Part shown: positions 13,203 through 25,596 of the stretch, one piece after another
Position numbering within the stretch: the first letter of the stretch is position 1
How the letters are laid out: every line of letters begins with the position of its first letter
Assembly (NCBI RefSeq): GCF_009914755.1
Contig: NC_060942.1
DNA from: the human T2T-CHM13v2.0 reference genome, Homo sapiens
DNA: 64,000 nt
Direction: 5' to 3' (one strand)
The notes under the pieces: generated by a model
What the model saw: only the letters and a program-made list of their open reading frames with translations
Databases searched by the model: none
What the model was told of the DNA's origin: nothing
Position numbers and translations under genes: made by a program

Positions 13203-13948
13203 TTTTTTTATACACTTTAAGTTTTAGGGTACATGTACACAATGTGCAGGTTTGTTACATATATATACATGTGCCATGTTGGTGTGCTGCACCCATTAAC
13301 TTGTCATTTAACATTAGGTATATCTCTTAATGCTATCCCTTCTCCCTCCCCCCACCCCACAACAGGCCCTGGTGTGTGATGTTCCCCTTCCTGTGTCCAT
13401 GTGTTCTCATTGTTCAATTCCCACCTATGAGTGAGAACATGCGGTGTTTGGTTTTTTGTCCTTGCGACAGTTAGCTGAGAATGATGGTTTCCAGCTTCAT
13501 CCATGTCCCTACAAAGGACATGAACTCATCATTTTTTACAGCTGCATAGTATTCCATGGTGTATATGTGCCACATTTTTTTAATCCATTGGACATTTGGG
13601 TTGGTTACAAGTTTTTGCTATTGTGAATAGTGCCGCAATAAACATATGTGTGCATGTGTCTTTATAGCAGCATGATTTATAATCCTTTGGGTATATACCC
13701 AGTAAGGGATGGTTGGGTCAAATGGTATTTCTAGTTCTAGATCCCTGAGGGATCACCACACTGACTTCCACAATGGTTGAACTAGTTTACAGTCCCACCA
13801 ACAGTGTAAAAGTGTTCCTATTTCTCCACATCCTCTCCAGCAGCTGTTGTTTCCTGACTTTTTAATGATCGCCATTCTAACTCGTGTGAGATGGTATCTC
13901 ATTGTGGTTTTGATTTGCATTTCTCTGATGGCCAGTGATGATGAGCAT
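13203..13948 (-). mobile_element. 5'-truncated L1PA3/4-like element with 11-bp TSD ATAATGATTCT
   Basis: Young L1PA 3' UTR; TSD at 13192-13202 and 13947-13957; TTCT/AA endonuclease site. Confidence 0.97.
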
Positions 13949-14799
13949 AATGATTCTAAGAGTGGAAGCACAAAATCATTTCTCATGTAGCTCACTTCTT
14001 TCAAAACAATGGTCTGTGTTTGTTTTCTTGTAATGTTTGTCTAGTTTCGTATCAGGGTAAAATAGGACGAAAAGAGTAACAGTGGAGCATTTGTACAGGC
14101 AAGGGTGGTCTCACCAGAAGCAGGTGAACTTTACAAGCCTACCCTTTTAACTATGTTCTGTGAGAATCTATATAAGACAGATTCCTAAAGGAAAAAGTAT
14201 TGGGTAAAAATGTATAAGCATATTCTAAAATGTGACTATTATTTCTCTAAAAATATGTCTTTTGATAATTATGTAACTTGGCTAAAGCAAAAATGAAGAA
14301 AAACCACCACAAATCCCGCCATTCAGAAAATAAGTTCCTTAAATAATAGATACATTTTTAAAAGATCTATTTACAAGCTGACATAAAAAGAGAATGTTTT
14401 ATAAAATATTGTAATATTTCTTCACAGGTTATAGTTTTTAAAAGCTACATGTTACTTCATCATTTTAAAATAAAAGGATTGTGAAATAAAACAGAGGAAG
14501 CTAAAACTTATAATAAATATTTTATATGTAGATTATTTCCTAAAAGATTCCACTAGGTAATGAAAATGATTAACACAAACGTTATAATCGTGGATTCACT
14601 ATATTTTAGGTACATGTTTGAATTTTAGACACTGTTTACTTGCTACAAAGAATGATGAAAAATTTAATTTTTTAACAATTTTTTCCTCCTCAGTTACCCC
14701 AAATCTCTATTTATTATATTATTTTTCATATTAAGGTTTGCAATATTTATATGTTCTGTCAACACATTTCAGAGTTATTTCCTCTTATTTTCATATTTA

Positions 14800-15290
14800 T
14801 ATAGACAACGCTAATTATTTGTCTTTTTTTCACCAAAGCTTGTCAATTCCTGAGTCATTTGGATTTGTATAATGGATGGCTGGATGTTATCATCAAGTGA
14901 TATTTTTAAAAAATGTTCAGAAAAATTGAATTCTCCAAGTCCTTGCATAATTCTGAATGTATGCTTTTTCTTCGTATAGAATAGAACCTTGCCTGGATGT
15001 TACATTCTGAGGACATTTTCTTTTATTCAGTACTTTGTAGGCATTACTCTAACATAGTCTAATACTGGAGGTCCCCATAGAGAAAGATAATGCCAAACAT
15101 ATTTTTCCCCCTCTGGGGCTGACTAGGATTTTCTGCCTAGAATTTGTTTCCATCACTTTAATAGCTTACCTAGGATATGACTTGGTGTCAATTGCTATGT
15201 GACTATTATTTTCTCGGGATAAGAGTCATTTCAAACTCTAGGTTCACAATTTTTTCAATGAGGTGAATTTTTGTTACTATCACTTTAACA
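14800..15290 (-). mobile_element. HAL1 or old L1M ORF1-region fragment
   Basis: CTTGCCTGGATGTTACATTCTG, AGTACTTTGTAGGCATTACTC and TAGGATATGACTTGGTGT resemble antisense old L1 ORF1. Confidence 0.5.
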
Positions 15291-15325
15291 ATTTATTAGA
15301 TGTTGAGTGAAAAAATAATATTTTT

Positions 15326-17393
15326 CTTTACTTTCTTCTTTTTAAATTTATTTTTATTTCAATAGGTTTTGGGGGAATAGGTGGTGTTTGGTTACATGAA
15401 TAAGTTCTTTAGCAGTGATTTCTGAGATTTTGGTGCACTCATCACCCAAGCAGTGTACACTGTACTCAGTGTGTAGTCTTTTATCCTTCACCCTCTCCCA
15501 CCGTTTTCTCTGAGTCCACAAAGTCTACTGTATCACTTTTATGCCTTTCTGTCCCCTAGCTGAGCTCCCACTTGTGAGTGAGAACATATGATGTTCAGTT
15601 TTCCATTCCCACGCTACTTCATTTAGAATAGTCTACAACTACAACTAGGTTGCTGCGAGTGTCATTATTTTATTCCTTTTTATGGATGAGTAGTATTCCA
15701 CGGTGTATGTATGTGTGTCTATATATACATACATATATTCTATATAATATATACATGTGTATACATATGTATACACACGTGCATATATATGTACATATAT
15801 ACACATATGTATTACATATATCATATACATATATGTATATGTATTATATACACACATATGCATATGTATACATATGTGTGTATATATAATGTGTGTATTA
15901 TATTTACACACATACATATGTGTATATATACATATGTATGGTGTATATATAGATAATATATCTATAAATATAGATAATATATCTATATATATAAATATAG
16001 ATATATATATCTCACATGTTCTTTATCCACTCATTGATTGATGGGCGTTTGAGCTAGTTCTATATTTTTGCAACTGAAAATTGTGCTGCTATAAACATGC
16101 GTGTGCAAGTGTCTTTTTTATAGGACTTCTTTTTCTTTGGGTAGGTATCCAGTAGTGGGATTGCTAGAATGAATAGTAGTTCTACTTTAGTTCTTTAAAG
16201 AATCTCCATAGTCTTCCATAATGGTTGTACTAGTTTACATTCCCACTAGCAGTGTAAAAGTGTTCCCTTTTCACTACATCCACGACGACATCTATTATTT
16301 CTTTGTTTTTTGATTATGACCATTCTTGCAGGAATAAGGCGGTATCGTATATTTGTTTTCATTTGCACTTCCCTGATCATCAGTGGTGTTCAGCATTTTT
16401 CCATATGCTTGTTGGCCATCTGTGTATCTTCTTTGGAGAATTGTCTATTCATGTTCTTAGCTGACTTTTTGATGGGATTGTTTGTATTTTTCTTTTACTG
16501 ATTTGTTTGAGTTCGTTGTAGATTCTGGATATTAGTCCTTTGTTAGATGTGCATATTGTGCAGATTTTCTCCCACTCTGTGGGTTGTCTGTTAACTCTGG
16601 TGATTATCTCTTTTGCTGTGCAGAAGCTTTTTAGTTTAATTAAGTCCCATCTACTTAACTTTGTTTTTGTTGCATTTGCTTTTAGGTTCTTGGTCACGAA
16701 GTCGTTTTCTAAGACAATGTCTAGAAGAGGTTTTCCAAAGTTATCTTTGGAAAGTATTTTTATTGTTTCAGGGCTTAGATTTAAGTCTTTGATCCATCTT
16801 GAGTTGATTTTTGTATAAGGTGAGAGATGAGGATCCAGTTTCATTCTCCTACATGTGGCTTGCCAATTATCCCAGCACTATTTGTTGAATAGGCTGCCCT
16901 TTCCCCACTTTATGTTTTTGTTTGCTTTGTTGAAGATCAGTTGGCTGTAAGTATTTGGCTTTATTTCTGGGTTCTCTGCTTTGTTTCATTGATCTATGTG
17001 CCTATTTTTATCCCAGTACCATGCTGTTTTGGTGACTATAACCTTATAGTTTGAAGTTGGATAATGTCGTGCCTCCAGATTTGTTCTTTTTGTTTGGTCC
17101 TGATTTGGCGATGTAGGCTCTTTTATGGTTCCATATGAATATTAGGATTGTTTTTTCAAGTTCTGTGAATAATGATGGCGGTATTTTAACAAGAATTTCC
17201 TTGAATTTGTCGAATGCTTTTGGCAGTATGGTCATTTTCACAGTATTGACTCTATCCGTTCATGATCATGGGATGTGTTTCCATTTGTTTGCGTCATCTA
17301 TGATTTCTTTCAGCAGTGTTTTGTAGTTTTCCTGTAGAAGTCTTTCACCTCCTTGGTTAGGTATATTCCTAAGTATTTTATTGTTTTTGCAGC
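15326..17393 (-). mobile_element. 5'-truncated L1PB1-like element with degenerate ~17-bp TSD
   Basis: GGTGGTGTTTGGTTACATGAATAAGTTCTTTAG 3' UTR; ORF2 remnant [21 protein letters not shown]; TSD TGAAAAAATAATATTTTT (15308-15325) and TGAAAAATAATACTTTT (17394-17410). Confidence 0.95.
15703..16012. repeat. ~310 bp TA/CA/TG low-complexity expansion inside the L1PB
   Basis: Visible alternating purine-pyrimidine tract. Confidence 0.95.
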
Positions 17394-17414
17394 TGAAAAA
17401 TAATACTTTTAAAC

Positions 17415-18140
17415 TGTATGCATAGTACACAGTTTGACCCAGATTAAGAATGAAAATGCTTCTATTAGCCATATATATGTCCTCTGTGTGCCCCTGAATC
17501 TCCCTCCTTTCTCCCTCTTAGGAATAACCACTGCCACGAATTTTGTGTTAGTCATCTCTGTGACTTAAAAAATACTATTTTACTTCATATTGTTTCCCCT
17601 TAACAATATGAGGTTTAACTCTGCATGTTTTAAGTTTACCTAAATGATAATACCTTATGTTTTCTTCAACTTATACTTTTATTCAGTATTATTTTTCAGT
17701 GATCCAGCCATGGCATTAAATGTGACTATATTTAATTTCACTATTCTAAAATTAATAATATTTTATTTATTTTCAGTTAGAAACTATTAGGAACAACACT
17801 GCTGTGAATTATCTGATACAGAGCTTCAGACACACGAATACAGTTTATCTAAACCCAAGTGTAGAATTGCTGAATCATAGATTTTAGACGTCTTCAACTT
17901 TACTGTCTAATGCCAAATTATTTTCCAAATTGGTTGTAAAAATTCACACTCTCAGTAACTTGTATAAGAGTTCAGGTTACTATACATCATAACTCCCACT
18001 TGTAATCTTCAAATTTTAACTGTTATCATTTTGTCAGCTGTGAAGCCATAGCTGATCATATTTACAATTTGCAATTCCCTGAGCTTGCGGTTGGCATCAG
18101 CCCTTAAAAGTGTTATTTTCTGTAGAATGCTTATTCATTC
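17415..18140 (-). mobile_element. Old L1ME-like 3' fragment
   Basis: ATAACCACTGCCACGAATTTTGTG, AGAATTGCTGAATCATAG, ATGCCAAATTATTTTCCAAA. Confidence 0.65.
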
Positions 18141-18224
18141 AGAAATATTCTGAATGAACAATCCTTTCATCTATGCAATTATAGCTTGTCTGATCTTCTA
18201 AATTTAAAATAAAAAATACTAACT

Positions 18225-19200
18225 TGGAAAAATAAAACAAGGAGCTTCTCACAGTAAAATTAAATATCAATGCAGTAAACAGTCAACCTATTAGAATGGT
18301 AGAAAACATTCACAAACTATGTCTGACATAGGTCTAATATCCAGAATCTATAAGAAACTTAAATCAACAAGCAAAAAACAAAATAATCCCCTTAAAAATG
18401 GGCAAAGGACATGAACAAATACTTCTCAAGGGACACACACATGGCCAGCAAACATACGAAAAAGTGCTCATTATCACTAATCATCAGAGATATGCATATC
18501 AAAAACACAGTCAGAACGGTTGGTATTAAAAAGTTAAAGAATAACAGATGCTGGCAAGGCTACAGAAAAAAGGTAACACTTATACACAGTTGGTGGAAAT
18601 GTAAATTCGTTCATCCACTATGGAAAGCAGTTTAGAGATTTCTGAAATAACTCAAAACAGAACTATCACTCAACCCAGCAATCATATCACTGTGTATAAA
18701 TCCAGAAGAAAATAAATTTGTTTAACCAAAAGACACCTGCACTAATATGTTTGTCACAGCACTATTCACAATAGTAAAGACATGGAATCAATCTAAATGC
18801 CTATCAATGGCAGATTGAATCAAGAAAATGTGGTACATATATACCATCAAATATTATGCAATCATAAAAAGGAATGAAATCATGTCCCCCAGCAACACTG
18901 ATGTAGCTGGGGACTATTATCCTAAGCGAGTTAATGCAGAAACAGAAAACCAATTACCACATGTTCTCACTTACTGGGAGCTAAACATTGAGTATACATA
19001 GACATAAAGATGGGAACAATAGATACTGAGGACTACTAGGCAGTGAGGGCGTAGACTAAAAACTACCTTTCAGTCACTATGCTCACCACCTGGGTGAAGG
19101 GATCATCCATATTCCAAACCTTACCATCACACAATATACCCATGTAAAAACCTACACTTGTACTCCTTGAATCTAAAATAGAATTTGAAATTAAATCAAA
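18225..19200 (+). mobile_element. L1PB4-like ORF2 end and 3' UTR
   Basis: CACTATGCTCACCACCTGGGTGAAGGGATCAT...TGAATCTAAAATAGAATTTGAAATT 3' end; C-terminal ORF2 remnant at 18411-18635. Confidence 0.92.
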
Positions 19201-20059
19201 GAGAGATAACAATTATTTTACAGCACTACTGTACCAAATGTGGTGTGATTGGAAATAGGTGTAGGTAGGTAAAAGCAGGTGGAAAATAGTGTACTTCACT
19301 GATTTGAGATTTTTCTCCAACACAGCTTTCTAACACGGGGAATCTCCTTTGGCATGATAGCTCCTTTTACACAAGGCCATCACAGTACTAATCATGGTAC
19401 TCTGTTTCTGTTTATAATTTAAACTCCTTGAAAGAGATGTTCTTACAAGAGAAGCTGATATACTCTTCATATCTCAACAACTGGCACAACTTCTCCCGTG
19501 TACTAGGCTCTAAATTAATACTTGTTAAATATATTTTTAAAACACAGTAAAAAAACTTGCTGTAAACAAACTCTATATTGTAATTGCTACATACCGCTTC
19601 TAGGGAATGAGGTGTAAAAGCATAAACATCTCATCGTAAGCATTTGTTTATTTTCATTCATATTTTTAGTAGCAATTTTATATTGTAAAAACCAGTGAGT
19701 ACAATTTCACAACCCTTCTCTCAAGGAGAAAGGGGAAACTTACTAGAATAATAGACAAGTTGAAAATAGTTTAAGTCTCATTTGTTGTCGTTTATCAAAG
19801 GACCTGAGGGATAAATGGGTCTTCAACAACTTCAACGAAATCCTCATAAAATGGAAAATAGTAAAAATCTTCAATCAAACTGCCTAAATAAGTACCCCCA
19901 ACTACACTCTTTGCAGCTGATGAACCCAGTTGAGATTGAGGAAGCTCGTGCAAAATTTCCGGAAAAGATCATTTTAGTTATACTTTGAAAGATTAGTAGA
20001 AGGTAATTTTATCAGTAGTCTATGAAAAGATAGTCCAATAATTCCAAGAATGTGGGAGA

Positions 20060-20660
20060 AAGTGTCATGTATTCAAGGATTTTACACTGAAGAAAATGGT
20101 GGACCACTGACTAATTTTAAACAGGTATTGAGGAATGTCATGATCAGATTTGTGATTTAAGAGGCATTGCCCTGGAATCAGCATCAAAATATTTAAGAGA
20201 TATGTAGAAAATAGAAGGAAGAAAACAATTTAGAAAGTTATTAGAGTAGTTCCGGTGGCAAATAGTTCAAAGGGACTCGACTAGAACAATTACAGGGATG
20301 AAAGTGAGGGGTACGCATAACTGAGAGATTAATAAACTGAAAATGATTTGCTTCATTATTAATGTTTAGGTGAAAGAGAGTCATAAGAATCAAAAACAAC
20401 TCATAGGTTTTGGCTATCTACCATTCCTCCCTGAGGAATTTCATTTTTGGCTTAATGGGGAAAAATATATAAACAACTTTCCATTTTATAATACCTGGTA
20501 AGTATACTGATAATGATTTTCAGAACAATTTTCACAAGAGTTTAATGCACAAGCGAATGAAGTAATTACTTTTGAAAAAATGAGAGTGTTTTCAATTTTG
20601 AATGTGTTGAGTTTGAGTTTTTTTGTGTAATGTCTATTGAAAGTTTTAGTTGATAAATAA
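20060..20660 (-). mobile_element. L2 fragment
   Basis: CCACTGACTAATTTTAAACAGG...CATGATCAGATTTGTG...ATGTGTTGAGTTTGAG. Confidence 0.6.
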
Positions 20661-21135
20661 AGGAGAAGAATATAAAACTTAGAAATATGTCATTGTACAT
20701 GAAAAATAACATATTCCAACCTGCATGAGTTTGTAATATGAAAAATAAATTATAGATTATGTTTATGTATTGGAAAACTGATTATTACAGAGTTGCCAAC
20801 TCTTCCAAACTCAATCTGGACAGCATATGTAATTTATTGATGCTTCCAAAATGTATATGGAAATACACATTTAGAAATGGTTTTCTAAATGGTTTCTAAC
20901 AAAGGACAAGAAGAGGAAAGATACTCTCAAAGGAGAATAACAAGGTGGAAGGCTTTCTCTATAAGGTATAAGAAATATTACTTAGCTGGAGTAATTATGA
21001 ATTTCAAACTGGTTCAAGGAAAGACAAATAGAAAAATTGATTTATTAGAATGTTGGCACTGAAGATCAGTAGGGATAGAAAATAATTTTTAAGTAATTGT
21101 GCTAGGTCAACACATAAAAAATAATGCAAACCCTT

Positions 21136-21735
21136 ATATTAGTTTTCTATTGCTGCTGAAGAAAATTCCAAAAACTTAGAAGCCTAATACAATAGCCATT
21201 TATTAGCTCAGAGCTCTATAAGCCAGAAATCTAGCACAGCGTGCCTGGGTCCTTTACTCAGGGTACCATACAGCTGAAATCAAGTTGTAGATTGGACTGA
21301 GTTCTTTTCTGGAGCTCTGGGAAAACATATAATTCCAAGTTTATTCTTATTGCTGAGAAAATTCAGGTTTATTTTGCAGCTATAGGACTGAAGTTCTCAT
21401 TTCCATGCTTTCTGGTCTCAACTCCTAGAAGCTACCCACATTCCATGCCACATGGCTCCCTCTATCTTCAATGTGAGTAATAGAGAATCCTGCTCAGGCT
21501 GAACGTCTCTGACTTCCCTGTTACTGATCTATAGATCCAGGATTAAAAGGTTTGTGATTAGGTCAGATTACCTGCATAATATCCCTAGCTTAAACTCAAC
21601 TGATTTGGCACCTTAATTATATCTGCAATAATCCTTTACAGCAATACCTAGATTAATGTTCCACGGAATAACTAGAAGATATATGTACACTAGGAGCTAA
21701 GAACTTAGGGGTCATCTAAGAATCCTGACTACCAT
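21136..21735 (-). mobile_element. MLT1E-like MaLR solo LTR
   Basis: ATTAGTTTTCTATTGCTGCT start; GCAGCTATAGGACTGAAGT; GGGGTCATCTAAGAATCCTGACTACCA end. Confidence 0.85.
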
Positions 21736-21940
21736 TGTCCCAACCCCTGCATATTCAATTATCATTTACAAAAGAATTGTAGAGGCCCATGTAATAGGAA
21801 AAATACCAACACTTTTTGCCAAATACACAGACACATATATTTTATAATTTTGGCATATATAAAGAAATTAAATAGGACACAAAGGATTGGCACACTAATG
21901 GGAAAAATGGTGAATTAGACTACTTTATAAATAAGAATCA

Positions 21941-22243
21941 TTGGGGTAGCAGAGTGGAGAGGGGAATATGTAGGTCAAATGATACAAAGTACCAAATATG
22001 TAGGATGAACAAATCTAGAGAGATAATATATAGCATGAGAGATATAGTTAATAAAATTATATTGCATTGGGGATATTTGTTAAATAAGTAAATTTAAGCT
22101 TCTGTTGTTACAAAAAAGTAATTATGTGAGATAACAGATATGTTAATTTGCTTCACTATCGTAACCATTTTACTACCTATATGTATCTCAAAGCATCATG
22201 TTATAAACCTCAAACATACACAGTAAAATTAATTTTAAAAAAG
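21941..22243 (+). mobile_element. L1MA4/5-like 3' end
   Basis: TATGTAGGATGAACAAATCTAGAG...ATGTGAGATAACAGATATGTTAATTTGCTTCAC; A-rich tail. Confidence 0.85.
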
Positions 22244-23194
22244 AAGTTCATCAAAGCATGCCATTTAGAGAGTAAAAAGGCAAGCCATGGAGTAAGTAGC
22301 AGAAGATATTGGCAAGACATACACATCCAACAAAGGATACATATCCAGTATATAAAAATAAAGTGCTTGAAATCAATAAGAAAAATACAATAACCTAAGA
22401 GAAAAAGGCAAGTGACTTAAATAGAGACTTCAGAAAGAGGGTATTCAGATGTCTACTCATCATATTAAAGATACTCAATTATTAGTTATCAGGAAAATTT
22501 AGTCAAAACCTACAATGGTATATCATCACACAACCACCACGATCCTTAAAATTATAAAGATTGACAATGCTAAATTTTAACAAGAATATGGACCAGCAGG
22601 ATCTCATGCACAATGCTGTGTGAGCATAAATTATTGCAGCCATGTTAAACTGTTTGGCATTACCTTTTGCCTTAGCAGTGTCATTCCTATGCATATAGAG
22701 AGCAAAACATGTGCACCTAGAAAATGTATAAGCATATTCTTAGTAACATTATTCATAACAGCCAAAAATGCAAAAGCCCCAAATGTCCAGCAAGAGTAGA
22801 ATAGATAAATTTCCTTGGCAGAGTCAAACAATGTAGACGCTATGCAACAGTGAAAACAGATGAACCATAGACACATGCAACAACATGGATGAATTTCATA
22901 ATCTAATGCAGAATAAAATCATCCTGGCAAAAATAATATTTTTTTAGTCTATTTTTATAAACTTTAAAATATGCAAAAGTAAATATTGTGTTCGAAGTTA
23001 GAATTGCATTTAACTTTGGGGAGGAGAGGTGGTACTACTTGGGCCTCAGAGGGTTTCTGTGCTGTGGATAATATTCTATTTCTTTATCAAGATGGTAGTC
23101 AAATAAGTGCTTCCTTTGTGATAATACTTTAATAAGCCATATATTTATATTTTCTGCATTTTCTGTTTAATATTGCAATCACAAAAAAGGTAGA

Positions 23195-23520
23195 AATACC
23201 AGGCCCAAATGGTTTTCTAAATGGTTTCTAACATACATTCAAGAATACATTTTAAGAAACTCTTACATGGTGCTGAAAAAGGAACTAGTTCCCTACCATA
23301 TAAAACTAATTAAGAATCATATACTGTTGTAAATACAGATGAAAAAAATCCTTAATAAAATATTGACAAACAAAATCCCAAAAATACACACAACACATGC
23401 TAAGCTGGGTTTATTTTGGGATCACAAAGTTGTTTTAACTTTAGGAAACTGTTCAATGTATTTCATGACATTAACAGATTAAAGACTTAAAACCATATGA
23501 TGATTTCAGTAGTTATATAC
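23195..23520 (+). mobile_element. Old L1M ORF2 RT-region fragment
   Basis: CCAGGCCCAAATGG (PGPDG), AATCCTTAATAAAATATT (ILNKIL), AACCATATGATGATTTCA (NHMIIS). Confidence 0.7.
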
Positions 23521-24342
23521 AAACAATTTCCTAATGGCATTAGGAATGATGTTTTTATGTTTTGAAACTTGGTTTTCCTTACTGTAAAATGAGAAGAAAA
23601 AATTTAGAAATGTAAATTATTTTTTAGAAGATAGAAAATAACAATATACAATATATTGGATCCTCAGATACTTTATTCTGACATTTATGGGGAACTTAAA
23701 GAAAGCAACAAATTTACTATGTTTAAGCAAATCCATTTCAATTTCAGTTTTAATCCTAGCTCAGCGAGAATTCTTAAATTATGTATTGAACTTTATTCAA
23801 TGTTTTTTATTACAAAACTCATAATTTTAAATAAAATTTTCTTTTAAATTATGACAATAAATATGATATTTTGGGATAAGTCAGTAGACATGATCATTCA
23901 TTAATAATTATTCACACTGGAGGATTAATTTCAAAAGTCATAACTTTGCTAATGCTGAACTTTGACTTAACATATGCATTTGTATCTAATCCATATATTT
24001 CTATTGAAGTTAATAATTACTTTTATCTAGATCCAGCTGGAAAATTATCAGTCACAATTTAAACTTCTATGAACAGAAAACCCAGTTCATTTTTCTTTAA
24101 ATGTGCACATACTTATATAGACAACATAGGACTCATACTCATGGCGTTAAGAGAAATCTCATCTTTCAAAACATACCGTGGTAGGCTTTAGTCTATATAA
24201 AAAAGGAAGCTGCAGTATACTATAGATGCTTTTTAGCTTCAGTTATCAAATATTGTTTTTCACTGAACAAAACTACTTTGTACAAGTCTACTTGTTAATT
24301 CCAAAGAAGAATAAAAGTGAATAAATAAATAAATAATTTGAA

Positions 24343-24347
<5 letters not shown>

Positions 24348-24382
<35 letters not shown>

Positions 24383-24650
24383 AGGCAGTCTCGCTCAGTC
24401 GCCCAAGCTGGCTCACTGCAAGCTCCGTCTCCCGGGTTCATGCCATTCTCCTGCCTCAGCCTCCTGAGTAGCTGGGCCTACAGGCGCCTGCCACCACACC
24501 CAGCTAATTTTTTTGTATTTTTTTTTTTTTTTAGTAGAGATGGGGTTTCGCCATGTTAGCCAGGATGGTCGCGATCTCCTGACCTCGTGATCCGCCCGCC
24601 TCGGCCTCCCAAAGTGCTGGGATTACAGGCGTGAGCCACCGCGCCCGGCC
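24348..24650 (-). mobile_element. AluY-like SINE with perfect 14-bp TSD TAATTTGAATCTTT
   Basis: CAAGCTCCG, GCCATTCTCC and TTAGCCAGGATGG diagnostics; TSD at 24334-24347 and 24651-24664; T37 run. Confidence 0.98.
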
Positions 24651-25164
24651 TAATTTGAATCTTTCAAATGCACTTCCTGACGTGTCTAGCTTCAAATTAG
24701 ATGATGTTTTATGATTTCTACAATCGCGTCTACGGATGGGGGTCAGGAAGTGACAGATTTTTTTTTAAAACTGACTCCAGAACGTTTTACTTTTTGAAAT
24801 GTTTGGCACACAAAATATGTCTCTTCTTTCATTTCTAATCAATATTTATTTTATATTCCATTGGTAAATTTAGCATATTTCTTTTTTTATACTATTTTTT
24901 TAATTTTTAGAGACCTCTGATTAATGAAAGAGACCGGTAGGTGATGTAATTCTGAACAAGTGTACAGCAATGGCAGAGCATCGGCTTCCACCCAGAGCCC
25001 CTATGATCATCCTAAGCATTGATTTTATAATGTGTTCTCCACATTCATTCGGCCTGAACTGGCCCATCTGTAGGATTTTAAGTGACTTACAATTTGCACT
25101 GCTGATATGAAAAAAAACTTGGAAAATTAGAATTAGTCTTTCTCATGTTATCAGGCTTTCCTAT

Positions 25165-25370
25165 AGCATTATATTTATGAACCTGAACTCTGGAATATGA
25201 TGAATCTAAATTTAAATGCTGGTTCTTCTGAGAGTTACTTCATCTTTCAAATTTTAACTGTAAAACAATGAAAATAGTAGCTAGTTCATGAGTTCATTAT
25301 GTGAATTAAATGGGATACTTCATATAAGACACTTAGCCCAGTAACTCACAATTAATATTAGCTGTAAGTA
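25165..25370 (+). mobile_element. MIR SINE
   Basis: CTGTAAAACAATGAAAATAGTAG...GAATTAAATGGGATA...CACTTAGC. Confidence 0.6.
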
Positions 25371-25596
25371 TTGTCTCATAGATGGAAGCAAGCAACACCA
25401 AGGGTCCTGGGTGTTTATGTTCTGAGAGCCAAGGCAAAAGTTCACAGACTCAGTGAACAGACAACATGAGTAATAAGAGTAAATCAACTAAGAAAGGAGA
25501 AGGTAACAGACGCATACAAAAGTGGATACACAGAGAAAAACATGTAGATGAGCAATTAAAAAAAGTGAGACTTTCTAAAATCTGGTTAGTTTTCTG

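Larger units (their letters stand above)
20735..23190 (+). mobile_element. Old L1ME ORF2 end and 3' UTR, host to MLT1 and L1MA insertions
   Basis: TATATGGAAAT, AACAAGGTGGAAG, AAAAGGCAAGCCA, TTATTCATAACAGCCAAAA, CAACATGGATGAATTTCA, in collinear order. Confidence 0.75.

Noticed and set aside
15645-16041. Overlapping Y/I/H/C-rich ORFs
   Set aside because: Translations of the TA/CA microsatellite
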